From IMG/VR virus record IMGVR_UViG_3300021387_000147: a DNA stretch of 64,000 bases; one strand, given 5' to 3'. The notes under the pieces are model-generated. The model was not told the DNA's origin. It ran no database searches and saw only the letters and a program-made list of their open reading frames with translations. The DNA is from a virus. Lineage: Duplodnaviria > Caudoviricetes. Shown one piece after another: positions 59,189-64,000 of the stretch (its first letter is position 1; each line of letters begins with the position of its first letter). A program made the position numbers and the translations under genes.

Positions 59189-59238
59189 TGTTTATCTAAA
59201 ATATACAAAAAAAGGACAGGAGCGTCAACCCCTGTCCT
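59189..59238 (-). promoter_or_regulatory. nrdD terminator with TTGACG -35 in its loop, plus TATATT -10 driving the radical SAM cassette
   Basis: AGGACAGGGG-TTGACG-CTCCTGTCCT T-tract G TATATT, 17-nt spacer. Confidence 0.75.
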
Positions 59239-59257
59239 AATCTATTATCCAATTATT

Positions 59258-61408
59258 TTATAAATGTTTGACTCTATCATGAATATCGCCCATTCTACCT
59301 TGTGCCATATAATTTGCATTTCCAAGATAACCACAAACTCTACGAACAACATTCATTTTAGCCAAATCTGTATTTCCACATTGTTTACACTTCCAAATAA
59401 ACTTACCATCTTCATTTCTAATCATTTCAATGGTACCTGTAGAACCACAACAATGACACCAATCCAATTCTGTATTAATTTCACAATACATAATGTTATC
59501 ATAAATGTATTTGATTACAGACAAGATAGCTTCAACGTTGTTTTCCATATTTGGAGTTTCAATATAAGAAATAGCTCCACCTGGTGACAATTTCTGTAAT
59601 TCTGCTTCAATATCAATCTTCTTAAATGCATCAATCTTTTCAAAGACAGGAACGTGATATGAATTAGTGATATAGTTTCTATCAGTAATTCCTGGAATTG
59701 TACCAAATCTACGTTGCAATGCCTTAGCAAACTTTTCAGTAGTATTTTCAATTGGAGTTCCATATACAGAATAGTCAATCTTTTCTACTTGCTTCCAATC
59801 ACGGCATTTATCATTTAATGCTTGCATGATCTTCTTACCTAGAACCATTCCATCTTCATCTGTTAAAGACTTACCAATCAAGACTTTAACAGTTTCATAT
59901 AGACCAGAATATCCTAGTGAAATAGTTGAATATCCATTATATAGTAGCTTATCAATTGTTTCACCTTTACCTAATCTTGCGAAAGCACCGTTCTGCCATA
60001 GAATTGGAGCTACATCTGATTTAACACCTCTTAAATGTTCATGACGTAATCTTAATGCTCTATGACATAATTCCAATCTCTGTTCTAGAATATACCAGAA
60101 TTTTTCTAGGTCACCCTTTGCAGATAAAGCAACATCTGGCAAATTGATAGTGACAACACCCTGATTGAAACGACCATAGTACTTAGGTTTCTTTGTCTTT
60201 GGATCTCTATATGGAGTCAAGAATGAACGGCAACCCATACATGGATAGCAATCACCTGGTTCACCTTTCTTACTAATCTTCAATTGTTTCATGACTTTTT
60301 CTGAAATATAGTCAGGAACCATTCGCTTAGTAGTACATTCTGCAGCCAATTTAGTCAAATACCAATATTTACTATCTGGTGTGATATTATCTTCTTCCAA
60401 AACATATAATAGTTTAGGGAATGGATTTGCATAATACTGGCCATTTTCATTCTTAACACCTTTCATTCTTTGTTTTAAGATTTCTTCAATGACTAATGCT
60501 AAGTTTTCCTTTTCTTGTTCATTTTCTGCTTCATTCAAATACAAACAAACAGAAACGAATGGAGTCTGACCATTTGTAGTCTGTAATGTTAGAATTTGAT
60601 ATTGTAGAGTTTGTACACCATCTCTAATATCTTTTCTTACTAAATCTTCAATTTGTGCATCATTTAATGTTGGGAATTCTGATTTAAAGTAATCTCTTGC
60701 AACATTAATGAACTTAGACAAATGAGATGCAGTAATAGTTTGTCCACCATATTGAGAAGATGCAACTTGAGCAACAATCTGAGAAGCAATATTACAAGCA
60801 TTTCTAAATGTATGTGGCTTATCAATCTGTGTTCCTGAGATAATAGTACCATTTTGTAGCATATCATCCAAGTTAATTAAACAACAGTTGTGGATAGGCA
60901 TTGCAAAGTAGTCCATATCATGGAAGTGTATAATACCTTCTTTATGAGCATGGAATATATCACTTGGAATTAAATATCTTTGTGAAATATCCTTACTTAC
61001 TTCACCTGCCATATAGTCACGCATTGTAGAAACTATATTAGGATTCTTGTTAGCATTTTCTTGTTGAATATCTTCGTTATTACCGCTGAGTAATGACATT
61101 ATTCTATCATCAATCGTATTTTTACGTTCTGATAGAGCTTTTTGGTATGTGTATACCATGTATTCATCTGACACATCATATTTTCCAGCTTTATTTATGG
61201 CATCTTTTACCATATTTTGAATATCTTTATATCCAATTGAAACTGGAGAAGCTTTACATTTTTGTTCTATATCTTTAGCAATATCTTTTATTTCTTGTAT
61301 TGTTAATCTATCTTCGATTCTTACCTTTTCATTTGCTTTTGAAATAGATTCAATAATGTTATTCTTATTAAATGTGACTTCAGAACCATTACGCTTTCTA
61401 ATTATCAT
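59258..61408 (-). CDS. nrdD: Anaerobic (class III) ribonucleoside-triphosphate reductase with ATP cone
   Basis: IRKRNG ATP cone, HFHD, NCC, MGCRS, GTPIE, CHCC/CKQC, RRVCGYLG glycyl-radical motif. Confidence 0.96.
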   Translation of the reverse strand: MIIRKRNGSEVTFNKNNIIESISKANEKVRIEDRLTIQEIKDIAKDIEQKCKASPVSIGYKDIQNMVKDAINKAGKYDVSDEYMVYTYQKALSERKNTIDDRIMSLLSGNNEDIQQENANKNPNIVSTMRDYMAGEVSKDISQRYLIPSDIFHAHKEGIIHFHDMDYFAMPIHNCCLINLDDMLQNGTIISGTQIDKPHTFRNACNIASQIVAQVASSQYGGQTITASHLSKFINVARDYFKSEFPTLNDAQIEDLVRKDIRDGVQTLQYQILTLQTTNGQTPFVSVCLYLNEAENEQEKENLALVIEEILKQRMKGVKNENGQYYANPFPKLLYVLEEDNITPDSKYWYLTKLAAECTTKRMVPDYISEKVMKQLKISKKGEPGDCYPCMGCRSFLTPYRDPKTKKPKYYGRFNQGVVTINLPDVALSAKGDLEKFWYILEQRLELCHRALRLRHEHLRGVKSDVAPILWQNGAFARLGKGETIDKLLYNGYSTISLGYSGLYETVKVLIGKSLTDEDGMVLGKKIMQALNDKCRDWKQVEKIDYSVYGTPIENTTEKFAKALQRRFGTIPGITDRNYITNSYHVPVFEKIDAFKKIDIEAELQKLSPGGAISYIETPNMENNVEAILSVIKYIYDNIMYCEINTELDWCHCCGSTGTIEMIRNEDGKFIWKCKQCGNTDLAKMNVVRRVCGYLGNANYMAQGRMGDIHDRVKHL

Positions 61409-61565
61409 ATAACCTCTTTATAAACCTCTTTTAGTATAAACTCTTTTTCATATCACAAACATGTTTAGACTGAAAGTATTTTATTTATAACATGAACTTT
61501 GACATCCCAAATATAAAAAATCACAGAAAATATCTGTGATTTTGATATGAAAATTTTCCAAATAA

Positions 61566-61958
61566 TTAGAAACGTTGTTTCTTGAAATGATCAATCATTA
61601 ACTTAGTGAAGTCATCCTGATTTGGACGTTTACGTGTCTTTACATATTCTTCTGCTGCCTTAATTAGAGTCTGACGAACATCTTCAGCACTCATGCAACG
61701 CTTACATGCCTGTAGACAGTCATAAACCAAATCTTCCTTAACAACAGCACGAATGAACTTTGTGACCTTTCTAAAGTCTGTTGCAAATCCATCGTCATCC
61801 CAAGAAGCTTCTGTACCATCGTCTTCTACTTCTTCTGGATATTTTGCTGCGCCTGATGCAACCAATTTGTCTTCGATTTCTGGAGTATAAGTCCATTCTT
61901 CTTTCATCAACTTATATCCTGCATCTCTCATTACTTTCTTTGCTTCTAATAAATTCAT
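61566..61958 (-). CDS. Late protein with MNLLEAKKVMRDAGY leader
   Basis: TATAAATA 61999-62006; SD GGAG. Confidence 0.65.
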   Translation of the reverse strand: MNLLEAKKVMRDAGYKLMKEEWTYTPEIEDKLVASGAAKYPEEVEDDGTEASWDDDGFATDFRKVTKFIRAVVKEDLVYDCLQACKRCMSAEDVRQTLIKAAEEYVKTRKRPNQDDFTKLMIDHFKKQRF

Positions 61959-62075
61959 TGAATTCTCCTTTTTATACGTATAATTAAAGTTTCTACTTTA
62001 TTTATACAATATAAAAAAAGAATATGGATTTAACTCCATATTCTTGTAAGAAAATTCCTGATTTGCTTTTTCAGC

Positions 62076-62486
62076 TTATTCAATAGAATATTCGTTAGGT
62101 TTGGCTTTTGCAGCAACTGGGATAGTAATAGTCATTAGACCATTTTCTACCTTTGCCTTCATGCCATCCAAGTCCAAATCACTAGAGATTGTCCAAGAAG
62201 CCTTTTTGAAGAACTTGATGCGATGATCCTTGTAATTTGTTTCTGGAACATCCTTTGTCTTATTAACATTCTTGTTTTCTACGACCAAGCGCAATTTGCC
62301 ATCGATAACTTCAGATGTTAACTTCAAGTCATCCTTTGTCAATCCAACAACAGCGATTTCGATAGTCCAAGAGCCATCATCATTGCGTATGATGTTCTGA
62401 GGAATACCAAATTCCATCTGTGCAAGACCAAATGCCTTGTTAACTGTATCAACAAAATTGTTAATTTCTGCGGAAAAATCACTCAT
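62076..62486 (-). CDS. Small heat-shock protein Hsp20; start corrected to 62486
   Basis: PQNII..IEIAVVGL.KDDL, AKVENGLMTITIP, C-terminal YSIE. Confidence 0.85.
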   Translation of the reverse strand: MSDFSAEINNFVDTVNKAFGLAQMEFGIPQNIIRNDDGSWTIEIAVVGLTKDDLKLTSEVIDGKLRLVVENKNVNKTKDVPETNYKDHRIKFFKKASWTISSDLDLDGMKAKVENGLMTITIPVAAKAKPNEYSIE

Positions 62487-62617
62487 AATTTTAATTATCC
62501 TTTGAGACCAATAATGTATCTCTGCTTCAGGTTTAAGACTTGTTTTCAAAATGTAAAACAAGGTGAACATGGAAGCTCTCATGTTCACTTTATTTATATC
62601 TTTTCTTTTTAGAAATT

Positions 62618-64000
62618 TTACTTGATCACGTCGTAACGTGGAACGTTCAAAGTTTCCTTCAAGATTTCGTATGGGTCTAACTTGTTAGACATAACCATCT
62701 TTGCAGTGTTTACAGAGAAACCTGAGACAAGTGCTACACCAGCTTCGTTTTCCTTAACTGGGATAGTATCAGTTCTGCCACAGATATTCCAGAATACGCA
62801 CTTTGGCAATACATATCCTGCTCTCTTCCACTTTGCGGCAATGTTTTCAAACAAAGTCTTCTGTTCAGACTTGTTCATTGCACTAGCCCACCAACCATTA
62901 CGATTAGCAGTATTAGAACATGCACACTGGTCAAATTCCATATCGGACAAAATCAAAACAGTTGGAATATCCTTCTGAGCGATATGACCGTTCTTTGCGG
63001 CATCAAGCAACAAATCGAATACAGCTTCTACGTTAGTATTAGCACATTCAGATTCACGCCATGCCAACTGGATCTTATCCTTCAAGTCCTTCAATCCACC
63101 CAAGTTTACGAACTTTGGCTGCATGGAGAAGGTAATGAACTTGTCCTTATATGGACCTGCTGGCAAACGTTCTGCAAAGTAAATTGCAAGAGCAGTTGCT
63201 ACATCCAATGCAGAAACATTGGAACCACCAACACGAGAAGACATAGAACCAGAACCATCGCGAACGACAATTACTGGCTTATCGCCTACAGTGTTTGGAA
63301 GAGCCTTCCACATCTGTTCAAGAGCTACATCCTTGTTGTTCCAGTTCTGAGAACGGTACTTATAAAGGATTTCATGTGGGAAGTTTACAGCAGAGTTAAT
63401 CTTTGCTTCACCCTTTTCCAACTTACTCAAGAATTCACGACGACGTGCTTCGTCATGCTTCAAGAATGCATCCTTATAGTTCAAGTTTGCCTTAGAAGGA
63501 ACCTTCTGATAGTCAATCTTGTCCCAATCACCAGAACACATCTTGATTTCAGTTACGTCAATCTTAGAACGCAACTTAGACAACATCTTACGATACTGCT
63601 TATCATTTACACCCAATGCTGAGATGAAACGACGAGCCAATGCCTTAGTCTGTTCAGATGAAGTATTGATAGAAGGCATCCACTTTGCAAGCAAAGATAC
63701 GGACTGGCCGGAAGCACAAGCCTTCATATCAGCAGACAACTGATTCTTGACAAAGTCAATCATATCAGATTCTGCATCAGTATCAAACAAAACAAACAAA
63801 GAGTCAAATCGGTTAAATTCACCGACATACTTAATCAAGTCCTTACGGGACTGCAAAATATACTTGATTAAAATACGGAACAATCTACGTTCACCCAATC
63901 CTTCACGAATATCACCGACGTAGAATGCCCACTTCAATGCCAAAACTGGGTCTTCAGCAAGAGCCTTAATAAAATCACCCAAAATTTCAGATTCAGAGCG
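62618..64000 (-). CDS. DUF2828 TROVE/Ro60-like plus vWA protein (5' end beyond the window)
   Basis: DIREGLGER, LAKWMPS, VRDGSGSM MIDAS, ANTN, LSDMEFD, FWN, VSGFS. Confidence 0.85.
   Translation of the reverse strand, partial: RSESEILGDFIKALAEDPVLALKWAFYVGDIREGLGERRLFRILIKYILQSRKDLIKYVGEFNRFDSLFVLFDTDAESDMIDFVKNQLSADMKACASGQSVSLLAKWMPSINTSSEQTKALARRFISALGVNDKQYRKMLSKLRSKIDVTEIKMCSGDWDKIDYQKVPSKANLNYKDAFLKHDEARRREFLSKLEKGEAKINSAVNFPHEILYKYRSQNWNNKDVALEQMWKALPNTVGDKPVIVVRDGSGSMSSRVGGSNVSALDVATALAIYFAERLPAGPYKDKFITFSMQPKFVNLGGLKDLKDKIQLAWRESECANTNVEAVFDLLLDAAKNGHIAQKDIPTVLILSDMEFDQCACSNTANRNGWWASAMNKSEQKTLFENIAAKWKRAGYVLPKCVFWNICGRTDTIPVKENEAGVALVSGFSVNTAKMVMSNKLDPYEILKETLNVPRYDVIK

Noticed and set aside
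1-64000. CRISPR array, tRNA or rRNA genes
   Set aside because: No regularly spaced direct repeats and no cloverleaf/T-loop signatures were recognised in the intergenic regions read; tRNAscan was not run.
1-64000. Stop-codon reassignment (TAG/TGA recoding as in some gut phages)
   Set aside because: Conserved genes are full-length in code 11, and TAG/TGA end genes at expected positions (for example 1246, 1992, 26889).

Overview
AT-rich 64 kb segment of a large T4-like (Tevenvirinae/Kyanoviridae-grade) lytic dsDNA phage in standard genetic code 11. The host is probably a Fibrobacter-like anaerobe, inferred from the Fibrobacter-type cadherin protein, NrdDG and SpoVG. The + strand arm (1-34.5 kb) holds the T4-type replication/recombination module: gp47, PolB gp43, UvsX, gp41, gp33/gp59-like, gp32, RNase H, gp45/44/62, plus an AEP-type primase. 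It also carries cytosine-modification genes (gp42-like dCMP-modifying enzyme, dCTPase/dUTPase, dCMP deaminase, glycosyltransferase) and host-like genes (2x GroES, ClpP, IF-1, SpoVG, M16 peptidase). The - strand arm holds late, probably capsid-packaged proteins, an early GC-richer island, NrdG/NrdD, a 1595-aa secreted cadherin adhesin, Hsp20 and a TROVE/vWA protein. Main observations: (1) a self-contained radical SAM + (A/G/S)CG-repeat protein cassette, a candidate phage RiPP/PTM system; (2) a shared 15-residue MxLxE....Phi...G(Y/F) module on at least 7 otherwise unrelated proteins, including the radical SAM partner; (3) a homing endonuclease inserted in the 5' end of gp44 with a three-way-junction/kissing-loop RNA; (4) apparently systematic leaderless mRNAs (TATAAATA-N4-ATG; TATATT-N7-ATG); (5) terminator hairpins whose loops contain the next promoter's -35 box; (6) a recurrent TGTAAA-N6-TTTACA operator; (7) structured leaders on both chaperone loci. 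No tRNA, rRNA or CRISPR array was recognised. All calls come from motif recognition by eye, with no database searches.
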